Positions 48,634-62,514 are shown, counted from the first letter of the stretch. The stretch: 64,000 nucleotides of DNA from Sphaerodactylus townsendi (GCF_021028975.2 NC_059439.1:30256001-30320000), one strand, 5' to 3'. The notes: generated by a model from the sequence alone, not told the origin. Numbers and translations: made by a program.

Positions 48634-49141
48634 CAGTGATGGTGAACCTATGGCACGGGTGCCAGAGGTGGCACTCAGAGCCCTCTCTGTGGGCACGCAC
48701 AGTGTGTCCCCCCCCCCCACATCTAGGCTGGCCTGGGCCGCTGGGCTCGGTTATTAGCATTAAACCTAAGACCTAGTTTTGGGGAAGCAGTGTAGGTAAC
48801 CCTGTTAAGTGCTGTTAAACCCCACTGATTTTCATGCGAAGGACTAAAGCACGATCCTTTACCTGGGAGTAAGCTCGATTGCTAGCAATGGGGTTTGCTT
48901 CTAAGTAAACCCTCCTAGGGTCGTGATTCACCTGTTGGAAGAGTTGCACTGTTGCTTCAAAGCAAAGCCACCGACTACCACCCAGCTTACTCCCGAGTAA
49001 TGCATGCCTCGGAGCCAACCATTTTTCTAAAACGAAAACCTCACTATTCAGGTTAAATTGCCGTGTTGGCACTTTGTGATAAATAAGTGGTTTTGGGGCT
49101 GCAATTTGGGCACTCGGTCTCGAAAAGGTTCACCATCACTG
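48634..49141. mobile_element. Non-autonomous hAT element, same family as 46481-46870 in opposite orientation
   Basis: TIRs cagtgatggtgaacc / ggttcaccatcactg; TSD ttctagcg / ttctagca. Confidence 0.88.
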
Positions 49142-49229
49142 TTCTAGCATGGGGACGGTTCCTCTTCTCTCCAGATCAAGGTGGGAGACATTTGGAGGGG
49201 CTCCTGTCTCTCCGGTCCAGCACAGCAGC

Positions 49230-49764
49230 TTAAGATGAAAGGGAGAAATCCATGTTTGGCGAGCACCACACTTCCAGGTCCCAGAAGGGCACACAGGGGT
49301 CATGGGAGGAAAAGACCAGATCTCCTGTATCAGGGGCAGCGACAGGGCCCTGGGCTGCAACCAGCGGGCAAAGATTTGGGTCCATGCCATTTCCATAGGC
49401 TGCTGAACTCACGTGGGACTGTTCATGGAGCTGGAAGTCGCATGCTAGCAAGCTAGATCCTAAAGGGTCTGGGTTAAACAGGGCCCAGCGGTCGGTTGTG
49501 GGCCCCACCTCTTGAGCAATGGGCTCAAACAGTTCACCGGGATCTGGCGTCTGGGAATTGAGGGAGGGGTCCCAGCTGGGGATCTGGTCAGGAGCCACGA
49601 AAGCGTTGGCTGTGCCCAAGAAGCAGTCAGGAGGGGCCACAATGGGCCGTGGCACGTAGGGCTCGGGACGTGTCCAGTGGGGTGCAGCAGGGCGTGCTGC
49701 GGCCTCCTGGGAAAGGATGGAGGAGGCTAAGCGTCGAGTTGCTGCCTCAATGTCTGCAAAGCTC
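49230..49764 (-). CDS. C19orf85: C19orf85-like protein, last coding exon
   Basis: Acceptor tttcctcccccag|G; continues (R)SFADIEAATRRLASSILSQEA, matching human [21 protein letters not shown] as recalled; stop at 49230-49232. Confidence 0.82.
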
Positions 49765-49789
49765 CTGGGGGAGGAAAGGAAACAAGTTT

Positions 49790-50173
49790 GAAGAAGAGGA
49801 GTTTGGATTTATACCCCACATTCTCTCCTGTGAAAAGACTCAAGGGGGCTTACAATCTCCTTCCCCTTCCCCCACAACAAACACCCTGTGAGGTGGGTGG
49901 GGCTGAGAGAGCTCCAAAGAACTGTGGCTTACCCAAGGTCACCCAGCTGGCGTGTGTGGGAGTGCACAAGCTAATCTGGTCCACCAGATAAGCCTCCACA
50001 ACTCAAGTGGCAGAGCGGGGAATTGAACCCGAGATCACCCAGCTGGCATGTGTTGGAGTGCACAAGCTAATCTGGTCCACTGGATAAGCCTCCACAGAAG
50101 TGGCAGAGCAGGGAATCGAACCCGGTTCTCCAGATTAGAGTGCACCTGCTCTTAACCACTACACCACGCTGGC
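49790..50173 (-). mobile_element. Squam3-like SINE with an internal ~95-bp tandem duplication (intronic)
   Basis: tcacccagctggc..gaacccg occurs twice (~49939-50031, ~50035-50124). Confidence 0.82.
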
Positions 50174-50377
50174 ATGATGTGGGAGAACTGCTTTCTCCTG
50201 TGATTACTTCTGCATGGTTAGGCCAGGCCTGTAAGTTTTCCTAGACATGCCCACCACCCTGAAGCAGTGCATTACAGACACAGCAGTCTGTAATCATCAT
50301 CCCAATATCAGCATCTCCAACAGCAGTGACCTTCCCACAACACCCGCTGTGAACTCGCAGGTGAACAGGCTTTCTTA

Positions 50378-50668
<291 letters not shown>

Positions 50669-51880
50669 TTAGAAACATTCCCTTTATCTCCAGCATGGTG
50701 TGGTGGTCAAGAGCAGATGCACTCTACTCTGGAGAACTATGCAAATCTTAGATGCAAAATTTAGGGAGAAGCCCAGTATGGTGCAGAGGTTACGGTGTCA
50801 GACTGGAATCTGGGAAAGTTGGGTTTGAATCTTCACTTTGCTACGGAAGCTTGTTAGGTGCGTTTAAGCTAGTCGCGCATTCTCAACCTCACCTAGCTCA
50901 CTGGAATGTTCTCAGGAGAAGAAAGAAAGAATGATGCTCTAAGTCTCTTTTGGGGAGAAAGACAGGATATCAGTATCTATTTTTTTAAAATGCCCAAAAC
51001 ATTTGGACTCCGACCACAATATGTGATAATTTTCTGGGGATGAAGCGACACACAGGCACACCTTCCCCAAACAGACTAGCCTTTCACACAATTTTTCAAA
51101 GTATATTTGCCTGTTTTGAAATGCTGACAACTTTTAATTGTATTTAATTGCACCTATTTAAAAGCATCCCACCCCGAAGGTGTTCCCACTTCTACATACC
51201 TGATCCTCTAGACGAAGAGGTCTGAAAAGGCGTATTCCAGATAAAGGTGACGACTCTTGGTAATGTTGTCCCTCTCTATATATATTTATCCGTCTGCCCA
51301 TTCATCTGACTCCTTTAATTTTTAGTTCCCAACTTTCTCTCCTCTCTGGGTTTTTCTTTTCCTCTGCTAAAGCTCCCAGCTCAAGGCTTGGCTGCCTCTC
51401 CAGAGACTGGTATCCAGTGCAGAGCGAAGGGGGTTAAAGATGCTGAGGAGCTCCGCCCATCTTCCAACCCACCCCGTCAGTAAAAGAAGCACACGGTTGA
51501 AATTAATTCCTGCTCCAAATTCACTGGGGGTTGGTCCAGGGCCAGGTGTTAGGGCCCTGACTGGCTGAGGGGACACACACAGGAATTAAGTTGTTCATTC
51601 AGAGACACAACGGTTTCCCCAACTAAAGTGGATAGATAGAGCCCAAGAACATAGGAAGGTCAAATAGTTAAGGAAAAGGGATGTCTGCAAACCTCATCAA
51701 CTCCAGCTTAGCCCCGTGGACCCAAATCCTATGTCTGTGAATGGCTTTTGTGTCTTTCCTCAAAAATCCAGGCTTTTGGCAATTGCTTTCCTGAACAAAT
51801 CTAATTTCACCTGTACTTCTGTTGCCACTTGTCAACTTTGAAAATAAAAGAACTTGTCAAACCTTCCACATTTCCTTTAT

Positions 51881-52179
51881 AGAAGAAGAAGAGTTTGGAT
51901 TTATATCCCCCCTTTCTCTCCTGTAAAGAGACTCAAAGGGGCTTACAATCTCCTTGCCCTTCCCCCCTCACAACAAACACCCTGTGAGGTGGGTGGGGCT
52001 GAGAGAGCTCCGAGAAGCTGTGACTAGCCCAAGGTCACCCAGCTGGCGTGTGTGGGAGTGCACAGGCTAATCTGAATTCCCCAGATAAGCCTCCACAGCT
52101 GAGGCGGCAGAGCTGGGAATCAAACCCTGTTCCTCCAGATTAGATACACGAGCTCTTAACCTCCTACGCCACTGCTGCT
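51881..52179 (-). mobile_element. Squam3-like SINE, full length
   Basis: Complete head and tail; ttatagaa repeated at both ends. Confidence 0.88.
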
Positions 52180-52454
52180 TATAGAAAACACCCAGTTTCT
52201 TTAGGCTAGTTCACACATTACAAAGTCCTCGTATCCATTCCCCCATCCCCCAAAACTTGTTGATAATCATGATTTGGATTTTCTGTACTCAGTACTTGCT
52301 CAGAAGGTCGATTCGAATCAGGATCATGGCACGTGAGAAGAGGGAGTTTGAACCCTTCGCTCCATTTACAACATTTCCCCGTCTTGTTTGCCTAGCCGGG
52401 GAAACTTTGGTGCAACAACTGGCTACCCATCAGTTACCCTGACAACAGCTTCTG

Positions 52455-52730
52455 ATGCACTCTAATCTGGAGAACAGGGTTTGATTCCCCGCTCTGCCAC
52501 TTGAGCTGTGGAGGCTTATCTGGGGAACCAGATTAGCTTGTGCACTCCAACACATGCCATCTGGGTAACCTTGGGCTAGTCACAGCTCTTCAGAGCTCTC
52601 TCAGCCCCACCCACCTCACAGGGCGTTTGTTGTGAGGGGGAAGGGAAAGGAGATAGTAAGCCCCTTTGAGTCTCCTTACAGGAGAGAAAGGGGGGGATAT
52701 AAACCCAATTATTCTTCATCATCTTCTCTT
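52455..52730 (+). mobile_element. Squam3-like SINE (5'-truncated)
   Basis: B box, CORE and tail present. Confidence 0.85.
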
Positions 52731-53727
52731 TCTATATGCTGTGGTCCCAATCTGAATTAGGCCTCTACATACTTTGCACGTTAAATTCAAACAATTGACC
52801 TGACAAGAAAGCACAGGGTAGGGAGTAAGGAGTGGCAATCTATACTATCTTTCAAGGGTTTCTCCCAATCAGCACCCTTCTGTTCATTCTATGGGCCAAC
52901 AGCTTCCCTGCTATGGTTGAAATCTACATCCTATTCTTTTCTGTCCCACGATTCCTCTATCTCTATTCATGCACGCACGCACACACACACAATTGTCACT
53001 GCCTGGATTGTCTCTCTTCCCCTTATTTTACAATCCCAAACTGTAGTCCGTCATCACCAGCTCCCCAATTAGCACATACTTCTTACAGAGATGTGGTCCT
53101 TATTGCTACCTGTGCTTATTAGGGATGTCAGGGCCTTCAATGGTCTCTAAGCACTCAAGGTCGCCTGGAGACCCCCTTCCCGGCTGAGAATCCACCAGCA
53201 CAAAAGACACCGCCGTTCCCCACCGATCTCTTCAGCTCGTGCCCCCAGTCACTGGCATAATACCGGCAATTATAAGGCAATTGGTGACCATAATGATTAA
53301 CTGCAGGTCTAGTGTTCGCAAGAAGGACATAGGGGAGGGATGGATGATGAAAAAGGATTGAAACACTCTGTCTGCCCAACCAGAGGGTAACAATACGCTG
53401 CCCCCCAACAGCCTGTGTCAGATTATTCAATGCAGGTTTTTTTATTTTGTCAGAAATTTTACCACGTACTCTAGGGAAAAGAAGGTCAACTTGCATTTGA
53501 AGCACTATCATGATGCACGGAGAAATATCTGCATTTCACCTTCACAGTTTGGTGGTGCGAACTGCCTGAAAGCTGCTACATCTTAAGCATACAGTAGAAC
53601 TTCTTTCTGAGTATAGGTGCTCAGGGGTGTGTTCGAAGACGCCTCTGTGCCCTCCGTTGGGAGCGTGCAATGTTTTTTAACCCATGTTCTTTCATCCAAA
53701 GATCTGCAGGCAACATACACTCTTGCA

Positions 53728-54043
53728 GGAGCAGCAGTGGCGTAGTGGTTAAGAGCAGGTGCATTCTGATCTGGAGGAACCGGGTTTGATTCCCCGCTCT
53801 GCCGCTTGAGCTGTGGAGGCTTATCTAGGGAATTCAGATTTACCCTGTGCACTCCCACACACGCCAGCTGGGTGACCTTGGGCTAGTCACAGCTTCTCGG
53901 AGCTCTCCCAGCCCCACCCACCTCACAGGGTGTTTGTTGTGAGGGGGGAAGGGCAAGGAGATTGTCAGCCCCTGTGAGTCTCCTACAGGAGAGAAAGAGA
54001 GGATATAAATACAAACTCTTCTTCTTCTTCCTCCTCCTCCTTC
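53728..54043 (+). mobile_element. Squam3-like SINE, full length
   Basis: ggagcagcagtggcgtagtggttaagagc head; (CTT)/(CCT) tail. Confidence 0.88.
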
Positions 54044-54807
54044 ACCTCATTTCTGAACCTTTTACCTGCCATGGCACTGCCTCCGATCACAAGAATGATG
54101 GTTAACTTTATAACTTCAGATGTATGTACGAACACATAAGCAATGGCTATCTGACTGACCAATAGCTAATCAATAGACCAGGTCATAAACAGTGCCGTTA
54201 GCGACTTGTGTACATAGTTACCCCTTTTATAACTGAGTTGTGACAGACACTTTCAAAATCCCAACAAGCCCCTTCTCAAGTGTCAGTCACACAATTTGCA
54301 AAATCCCGACAGAAAGGCCCCGCCCCACTGTGGATCCTTGATTTGCTCTTCCTGGGGGTTTACTCGACGGAACAAAATTTGAGGGGTTCAGCAAGCTGCG
54401 GCATGAAGGGGGACAGTTCCTCTTTGCAAAGTTGATGGGCAGTAACTGGATATACTCTACATCTACGGAGTACCGATTGCCTCAAGGTTTCCCTGTGAAC
54501 CTTGCGGCTAAGAAGGGATTTCCACCACTCTTACCTCCCTGGCTGTCAAATCCCACTGAACTCAGTAGGGCTTCTTTCCAAATAAACACGCCGACTGTGT
54601 GAGTTTGTGCTGTGTCACTTTGAAGAAGATAAATGAGCGTCCAGTCGCTCACGTTATTACGAAATGAAACAAGGCACCTATAGAAAGTATGGGCAGGATC
54701 CTGTTGGAATGGAAGTCCCTGTTGGTTCCCAACCTCTAGAAGTTCATAAATCAGGGCTAGCCCAACCCTGAGTTAAGTGGCTTCTATTTCCCACCACGCT
54801 TCTGTTC

Positions 54808-54879
54808 TCGTGCGCGCGCGCGCGCTCTCGCTCTCTCTCGCTCTCCCCCTCCCTCCCCCTCCCCCCCTCTCCCCCCCCC

Positions 54880-54918
<39 letters not shown>
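54808..54918. repeat. Compound microsatellite (CG)n, pyrimidine tract/(CT)n, (CA)n
   Basis: Directly visible. Confidence 0.9.
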
Positions 54919-55974
54919 AAGATGCACTAGATTTGCAGGCTCAGATGTTTGCATCTGGCACTGCGCACCATTCCTGTGAACACATCTGGATGCCAGCATC
55001 CAGCCTGCCTACGCCTCCCCTCTCATCCCCCCTCTGCCTGTCAGCAAATACCACTCCCTCCCTTGAAAGAGAAATCAAAGCGTTCTCCCTCCCTCCCTTC
55101 AAAGAGCTTGTCACACTCAGGTGGCAAAACAAACTCTGCCCATGAACAAAGACCCCTCTCATGTTCACAGGCTGGCGAGAGAGGCCAAACCCTCGCACAG
55201 CGGGTGAGGTCGGCCAAGACATTCTTGTCCTCCGGAGCATCCGTGGCTTCTGATTCCCCCTGCAGAAAAGATTCTTTTAAACCTACTACGTTTTTAATCT
55301 GCTCTCCTTCCCCTGAGCAGCTAAGAGCAGCCGTCAATGCCCTCTGTCCTGTTCTATCCTAACAACCCCCTGAGGAAGGTTTTCATACATTCATATTTTC
55401 AGAGTCCCTGGATTACCTGAAACCACGGAGGCACCATGTGAATCCCATTAGATGCAGCCCTGTCTTGAGTTCAAATCCTAATTCATCTATTATTTGAGCT
55501 TTCAAAAAGCCCTGGGGGGGGGGGGCTCCCCATTTGCAACATGGGAACAAGAGAGACTTACACTGCAAAGAGTCATTGTGATGATAAGTGATCATGAAAC
55601 ACCTTGCATATTAAAAGGAGAGGAGGATGAAAAAATATTAACATTTAGACCAGAGGGGAAAGAAGGAACAATGAAGAGACAAGGGGGGGGATCAACCTAA
55701 GTTCCAGGATTCTTCCATTTTCTAGGTCAGGGGTCAGCATCCAGCCTTATACTTTCAGCCTTATACTGCGGCTCTGCATGGCCTGGAGGACGGAGGGTAG
55801 CGTGGGCGTATCCCTCCAGAGCAGTGCTGGAAGGAAAGGTGAGCTGAGGGGCCAAACCGGAGGCGGCTCCGCACGGAGCCACCTCTCCGGCTCGGTAGAT
55901 CTTCAGGGCCGTGGAAAACGGGTCCAAATGGCACTTTGGGTGGTAAAGGTTGCCGACCCCTGCTCTATGAAATG

Positions 55975-57600
55975 CACATGAGCAGAAAACTGAAAAACCA
56001 TTAACAAATTGGAACAATGAGACCAAAAAGTTTATATGGAATGGAAGGAAACCACGTATTAAATATATAAATATGGTGGCAGAGAAAACAAAAGGAGGTC
56101 TAGCAGTTCCAGACCTTAATTTAAACCACAGTGCAAATGCCCTACTTTGGGTAAGCAAATGGATGAAATTAAAAAATGATAATCTACTAAATTTAGAAAG
56201 CTACGGTTGTCCAACAGGAGGGCATGGTCAACTATGGCCAGGGAAAAAGACAAAAGTGCTAAGAACAACAGTAGTCAAAAACCACCACATTAGAAAAACA
56301 TTGCTTAAAATCTGGAATAAATACCAAAAACTATTTTACAATAAATTGCCATTATGGGTATTGAGAGCGGAAACCCTACAAACACAGGACAACAGCTTCG
56401 ATAAACTTATAAAGACTTTTTATTTTAAAATAATGACGAAATAAAATTCAAAACCAGAGAACATTTTAGTTTACATAAGACATGTAATTGGTATACTTAT
56501 GAGCAATTACATAATTTTTATAAAACAGACAATACAAATTGGGGATTTAACTGGAAAGAAAATGAATTGGACAGAATCCTGTTGAATGAAGAGGGAAAAC
56601 AAATTAGCAAAATTTACAAAATCTTGTTAGAACAGAAAACAGAACAAGAAACAATAAAACCAGTAATGTTTAAATGGGCAAATAACTCAGGACATAACAT
56701 ACAGTTAGATAACTGGATAAAATACTGGAAAAATATATACAACTTTACTCCATGTACCACATTGAGAGAAAACAATATAAAGATGTTTTACAGATGGCAT
56801 CTTACCCTACAGAAATTAGCTAAAATATATTACTCACCGATATGTTGGAAATGTGGGAAGGAGCTGAAATCCTGGTGGTCCTGCAAAAAAATTAAGAAGT
56901 TTTGGGAAATTATACATAAACAGATGCAAAAAATCCTTGGTATACAATTTAAAATGTCCAAAGAAGCTTACCTGCTCAGTCCGATATTTGCAAACTTACA
57001 ACTTTCTACTCATAATTGATATCTTTTTCTTTATTTATCCTCAAGTGCAAGATTACTTCTAGCTACAAACTGGAAAACATTGGTTATATCATCATTAGAG
57101 GAATGGATACATAAAGTTCAGGAGTACCACATTACAGACAGTATTTCACAGCAACTGAATATGCCATCAGGAAAACTTGAGCTATCTAACAAAAGCAATT
57201 CAAAATGAGAACTATGGAAAATGTATATCGCTCAAAGATATAACTTATAGAAAAATATATAGACAAGGAAAGAAACATGTCGTATAACTTGGTAAACAAT
57301 CTAAAAGTATTCAGAATTATTTAGAATTACTGATATTCTTGTGTTAAGTGTCCTTTTGACAACTGATTATTTTATTGAACAATCTGATATTTTCGGGATA
57401 AGCGTAAAACAATTAGCTTACTAGTCTAATAACATAGACTATAGATAACATAAATATGTTATTTTAGTTCAAGGAGAAGTCTATTCACTCGACATTTCCT
57501 TTCTTCTTTTCTTCATGCCTTTTTTCATCTTTTCCCCTTTTCTTCTCTTTCTATTTATTTGTCTTTTGCTCTCTTATACCTCTCCTTTTTTTCCTTTCCT
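55975..57600 (+). mobile_element. L1 LINE ORF2 3' remnant
   Basis: A-rich strand; KFIWNGRKPRI..GGLAVPDL, KMFYRWHLT..CWKCG..WWSC..KKFW (L1 C-terminal Cys-rich region); several stops and frameshifts. Confidence 0.85.
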
Positions 57601-57705
57601 AGAAAATTTAACAGTGTTTTTTTTCTTTGCAATTAGATTGTAAGAAAGGGTCTGAGAATGTAAATATAATTGGTTTCTAAGACAATCTGTATGCACCCTA
57701 TATGT

Positions 57706-58334
57706 CTGTGATGGCGAACCTATGGCACGCATGCCAGAAGTGGCACGCTGAGGCCTCTCCTTGGGCGAGTGAGTGAGCGGGGACAAGTGAGTGAGCGGGC
57801 GGAAGGAGCAGGGGAGGGCGGAAGGAGCAGGGGCGAGCGAGCGGCATCGGCGGGCGGGCAGGCGGGCAAGCAGTGGCAGCGGTGGGGGAGGCAGGAGAGC
57901 GAGCGAAGGGGTGGGAGAGAGGGCCAACGAGTGAGTGGGCGAGTGGGCGGCGGTGACGAAGGGGGCAGGCGAGCAAGCGGGCGAGCAAGTGGGTGGCGGT
58001 GGCGAGGGGCCAGGCAAGCAAGCGAGGTGGTGGTGGGAGAAAGGGCAAGTGAGCGAGCAAGCGGGCGGTGGCAGCGGGGGGGGCAGGTGAGCGAGCGAGG
58101 GGTGGTAGAGCGGGCGAGCGAGGGGGCCGCGGCGGCGGATGAGCAAGCGAGCGAGCAGACGGCGGTGGGAGGTGGGCAAGCAAGCGAGGGAGCGGGCGAG
58201 CGGGGAAGCGAGCGAGCAAGTGGGAGAACAAGCGGGCGGCGACGGGGGGGGCGGGGGGGCGAGCGAGGGGGGGCGGGCTGCGGTGGTGGTGGCGGCAGGG
58301 GTGCCCACAGGCGCAAAAAGTTTAGAGATCGCTG
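57706..58334. mobile_element. hAT-type element carrying a G-rich GAGC/GGGC degenerate array
   Basis: Left end tgatggcgaacctatggcacg matches the 48634 family; array ~57765-58300; right end aaaaagtttagagatcgctg. Confidence 0.55.
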
Positions 58335-58433
58335 GCATACACTATTTGATATAAAACTCAGGCATCATCATCAGTTTTTCTTCATTATAACTTAAGGGAT
58401 TTTTTAAATTGCAACCTAGAAAGATGTCAGCAG

Positions 58434-59480
58434 CAGGGATGTAACGAGGCAGCCCTGGGCAAACTGTAGCCCTGGGCAAAACCTGAGTTGGATGCCCCGC
58501 CCCCCCATGGGTGGCCACTCCACCACGACCAATTTTTTTGCACCAGGACATTGGTGCCTGCAGGGGGTGCATTTTTAGACATATCAGCACCAAAATCTAA
58601 GTATATCATCAGGAGACTGTCCTTATGCTACTCCCCAAGTTTGGTGAGGTTTGGTTCAAGGAGTCCAAAGTTATGGACTCCCAAAGGGGGTGCCCCATCC
58701 CCCATTGTTTCCAATGGGAGCTAATAGGAGATGGGGGCTACAGTTTTGAGGGTCCATAACTTTGGCCCCCCTGAACCAAACTGCACCAAACCTGGGGGGT
58801 ATCATCAGGGCAGTCTCCTGATGAGACCCTGAAAGTTTTGAGACTGTGCCTTCAGAACTGTCCCCCCCCCCCAAGCCTGCAACCCCCATGGACAGCAATT
58901 CAGAAAACTCAATGCAGAACAAAGATGGGTGCTGTGTGGTTTCCGGGCTGTATGGCCGTGTTCTAGCAAGAACGGCCATACAGCCCGGAAACCACACAGC
59001 ACCCAAGTGATTCCGGCCGTGAAAGCCTTCGACAATACACAGAACAAAGATTCTTGGGCAAATTTCTGGGATGTTCCTGCAGGGGGCGCATTTTTTGATG
59101 TATCAGCACCACAATTTCAGGGTATCATCTGGAAACTGTCCTTATGGTACCCCCAAAGGTTGGTGCAGTTTGGTTTATAGGGTCCAAAGTTATGGACCCT
59201 CAAAGGGGGTGCCCCATCCCCCATTCTTTGCTAAGGAGATGGGGGCTACCCTTTTGAGGGTCCATAACTTTGGACCCCCTGAACCAAACTGCACCAAACC
59301 TTGGGGGTGCCATCATGACAGTCTCCAGATGATACCCTGAAATTTTGGTGCTGATACGTCCAAGAATGCCCTCCCTGCAAGAACATCCTGAAATTTGCCC
59401 AAGAATCTTTGTTCTGCATTGAGTTTTCTGCATTGCTGTCAATGGGGGTTGCAGGCGGGGGGGGGGGGGGGGGCACATTT
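58434..59480. mobile_element. Second copy of the 44776-45707 hAT family (opposite orientation, incomplete)
   Basis: Begins cagggatgtaacgaggcagccctg; shares the ccaaagttatggac subrepeats. Confidence 0.8.
58927..59039. mobile_element. Short Penelope-like fold-back insertion nested in the hAT element
   Basis: Hairpin gggtgctgtgtggtttccgggctgtatggccgt / acggccatacagcccggaaaccacacagcaccc; perfect 12-bp TSD cagaacaaagat. Confidence 0.82.
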
Positions 59481-61069
59481 GATAGCAAAACGTATCCTGG
59501 AAGCCAGAAGTTTGGAAACTCACTACATTGAAGCATTTTATAGCTTTCTCCACATTTGGTAAATCACAGTCCGGAAAACCCACCACAACCTCTTGCTTTC
59601 AAATTTCTTTGTTAGAAAAGCCATCTGGAAGGTTTTCTAATATCAGATGAATGGCAGATAAAAACTTATTAAATTCTAAAGTAGCTTAGTTTTGTATATT
59701 TACTGTCATGGATAGATTCACTGTGGTCAGTCTACTCTAAAAAGATGAATTTTAAGTTTGGTGACTATTGTTGTTATGTTGGCATTTGAGAATTACAGAT
59801 GTTTAATAGCATCTTTTAAAGTTTTTTCCCATAATGTGTTTGAAAACCCATTGTAAAATTAAATTATCTCAATAAGGCCTTTTTTTGTTTTGTTTGCTGT
59901 ACCTCCAGTAAATTTTTATTGACCCTCTTCCCTGGTTGTGTGTTTGTATGCCTATATGTAGTTATTGTTTTATATGTATTTAAAGAATGTTTTAATATCC
60001 TGATGTTCACTTCTTTTGGGACCCTGTTTGAGTGGGAAGACAGCATATAAATGTTTTAAATAAAATAAATGTTTTCTCACAAAGAATGAGGTGGACTTTT
60101 TATGAAAATAATAATTTGTCATTAGATAGGCAGATTACTGATTTTTTCCCGTTACATTCAATAGGGAAAGTGAGGACACAGCAATGTTGTTGCATGTACA
60201 CAGCTGATGAGTGGAAAAACCTGACATGCTTTTACAGATTCTGAAATACTCACTTAGTAAAGCACTTTAAATAGTTGGGCTCAACTGAAATGAGCAATTG
60301 GAGCTTTTAACATAGTTCTTGTTGTAAAATCAGTTTCTCTTTTTTATTTTAAATTTATTTAATTTTAATTTAATTTTAAACTGTATTTTTAAAATTTAAT
60401 TGATTTCATATGTCTGTCAGCTGCTCTGAGCCTGACTTCAGTCAGGAAAGAAATCTAATCAGATAAAAACAAATAAGACTGACCCTGCTTAATTTCTACA
60501 CTGTAGCTCATTCCGCACATGCAGAATAATGCACTTTAAAACTGCTTTCAGTGCTCTTTGAAGGCAAAATCCACTTTCAGTGCTCTTTGAAGGCAAAATC
60601 CACTTTCAAACAGTTGTGGAAGTGGTTTGAAAATGCATTATTTTGCGTGTGCGGAAGAGTGACAAGATTAGGTTAGCCCCTGGGCTATCCAGGTCAATAT
60701 TGTCCCCAAACCCTTGTCACACTGCTGTTGTATGTAGACACCTTTCCTTCCTACTTTTGCCCAACAAACTTCTCTTCTTCAACTTTCTCTCTTTTGCATG
60801 ATAAAACAGGACTGCTTCCATAAGGCTGCCTCTGGACCCTGCATTAAGGTGCAGGACTGAAGTGCCTCGGGGCTGTGTCTTGAACTTTCCCGCCATTTCC
60901 AAAAGCTGTCTTTCTGGATAGATAAGCCCTGCCCCGCCCCTCAGGTCCCCTCAACCCTACAGCAATTCTGTGAAGTAAAATATCTTTTTTACTGTCAACA
61001 TTTAAAAAAAACCCTCACACTCACAAGTTCCATACCCCCTTCCTGTTAACAAAAGTAATTCCCTCCACT

Positions 61070-61445
61070 CAGTGGTGGGATCCAAAAATTTTAGTAACAG
61101 GTTCCCATGGTGGTGGGATTCAAACTGTGGCGTAGCGCCAATGAGGCTGGGTGGGGCACGACAGGGGCATGGCAGGGCATTGCTGGGCGGGGCTGTGGCC
61201 AGGACGCAGCCGCTGCGCCGGTCCTTGGGCGGGAAACGAATGCACGCAGGCGCAGGCTGCCATGCACGCCAGTGCACCTCCTGCTAGACTGCTTCAAGTT
61301 CTGCGCGCTACTGCTGAGAGGAGGGGCGTAACTAAGGCAAAAATCACGCGGCAAAATCTCCAATTAGTCACCCCCTCTCGGCACACACAAATAATTAGTA
61401 ACCTACTCTCGGGAACCTGTGAGAACCTGCTGGATCCCACCACTG
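61070..61445. mobile_element. Non-autonomous hAT (Tip100-like) element
   Basis: TIRs cagtggtgggatcc / ggatcccaccactg; perfect 8-bp TSD cctccact. Confidence 0.9.
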
Positions 61446-62514
61446 CCTCCACTTCAGTTTCTTTTTGCAACATCTTTCAAACGTTTCATTGCCACATTTA
61501 TTTGAAGCATCCTGTCTGCCCTTGCTTTCTCTTCAATCCCCCTCTCCATTTTTTTCCACATTTTAAAAATGTCACTGCAAGCAATAAAGTGGTTTTTTTT
61601 TACTGTCAAGGAGGGGAGCCTTTCCTTCTTGTACTCAATAAACCTCCCCTCTTTTCCATGATAAACAGGACTGCTTTTATAAGACTGCCTCCCTGCATCA
61701 TTGAGTGCGTCTAAAGCGCCTCAGGGCTTTCCCCGCCTTCTCTGAAAGGCCCCCCTCCCCGTCCCTCCCCTCAGGTCCCCTCAACCCTACAGCAATTCAA
61801 AACCCCACACATGCAAGTTCCATATCCCCTTCATGATAACCAAAAAATAATCCCCTCCGCTTCAGAAGAGGTGGTCGCAAACCCAAGTTTCACAATGCTT
61901 TCCTTCTGCTACATTAAAGGATACATAGACTTTGCCTGTTTGATCGTTGGATACCTCTTTCAGTTTGATAGAATATTTCCAAATCTATTTTGTCTGGTAT
62001 TAATTAATGAGTTCAATCCCTCTGCTCATCCCCGCCCCCCCCCCCCCACGTTTTTAAAATATAATTCTTATCAGCACCCGGTAAATTGAAATTAGAAAAG
62101 GTGTTTTCCCCCTACTTGACAGTGACTTAAAAAAACAGACTCCCTCTTTTTGTGGGTGGTTTGTGAACATATTTGGTATATAAATAATTCTCCTCACCCC
62201 CTTTTCAATGAGTTCGTGTTGTGAATTTTCTAAGTTGCCCAGTGATTCGGCTTTACAATGCAGGAATGGCTGTGGGCAGTTCCCCCCCCCCCCCATAGAA
62301 TTTCTATTTTTCCTCTCATGTTAACCTAACTTAAAAAAAAAATATCTCACCTTTCTCCCAAGGAATTCCAGGTAGAATAGATGGTTTTCACCTTTTCCAT
62401 TTCACCCTCACAACCCCTACCTGGGTTCAGCTAAGGGAGAACGAGCTGCCAAGGTCACCCAGTACATTTCATGCCCGAGCGGGGATTTGAACCTAGCTCT
62501 CCTCAGTCTCTTGG

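Noticed and set aside
53728-53805. tRNA-like sequences with A and B boxes (many copies)
   Set aside because: They are SINE heads continuing into CORE and tail sequence, not tRNA genes.
57574-58395. 200-250 aa Pro/Ala/Arg-rich ORFs, and resemblance of (GAGC)n to the AAV Rep-binding element
   Set aside because: Low-complexity repeat; no parvoviral ORF, hairpin ITR or terminal resolution site nearby.
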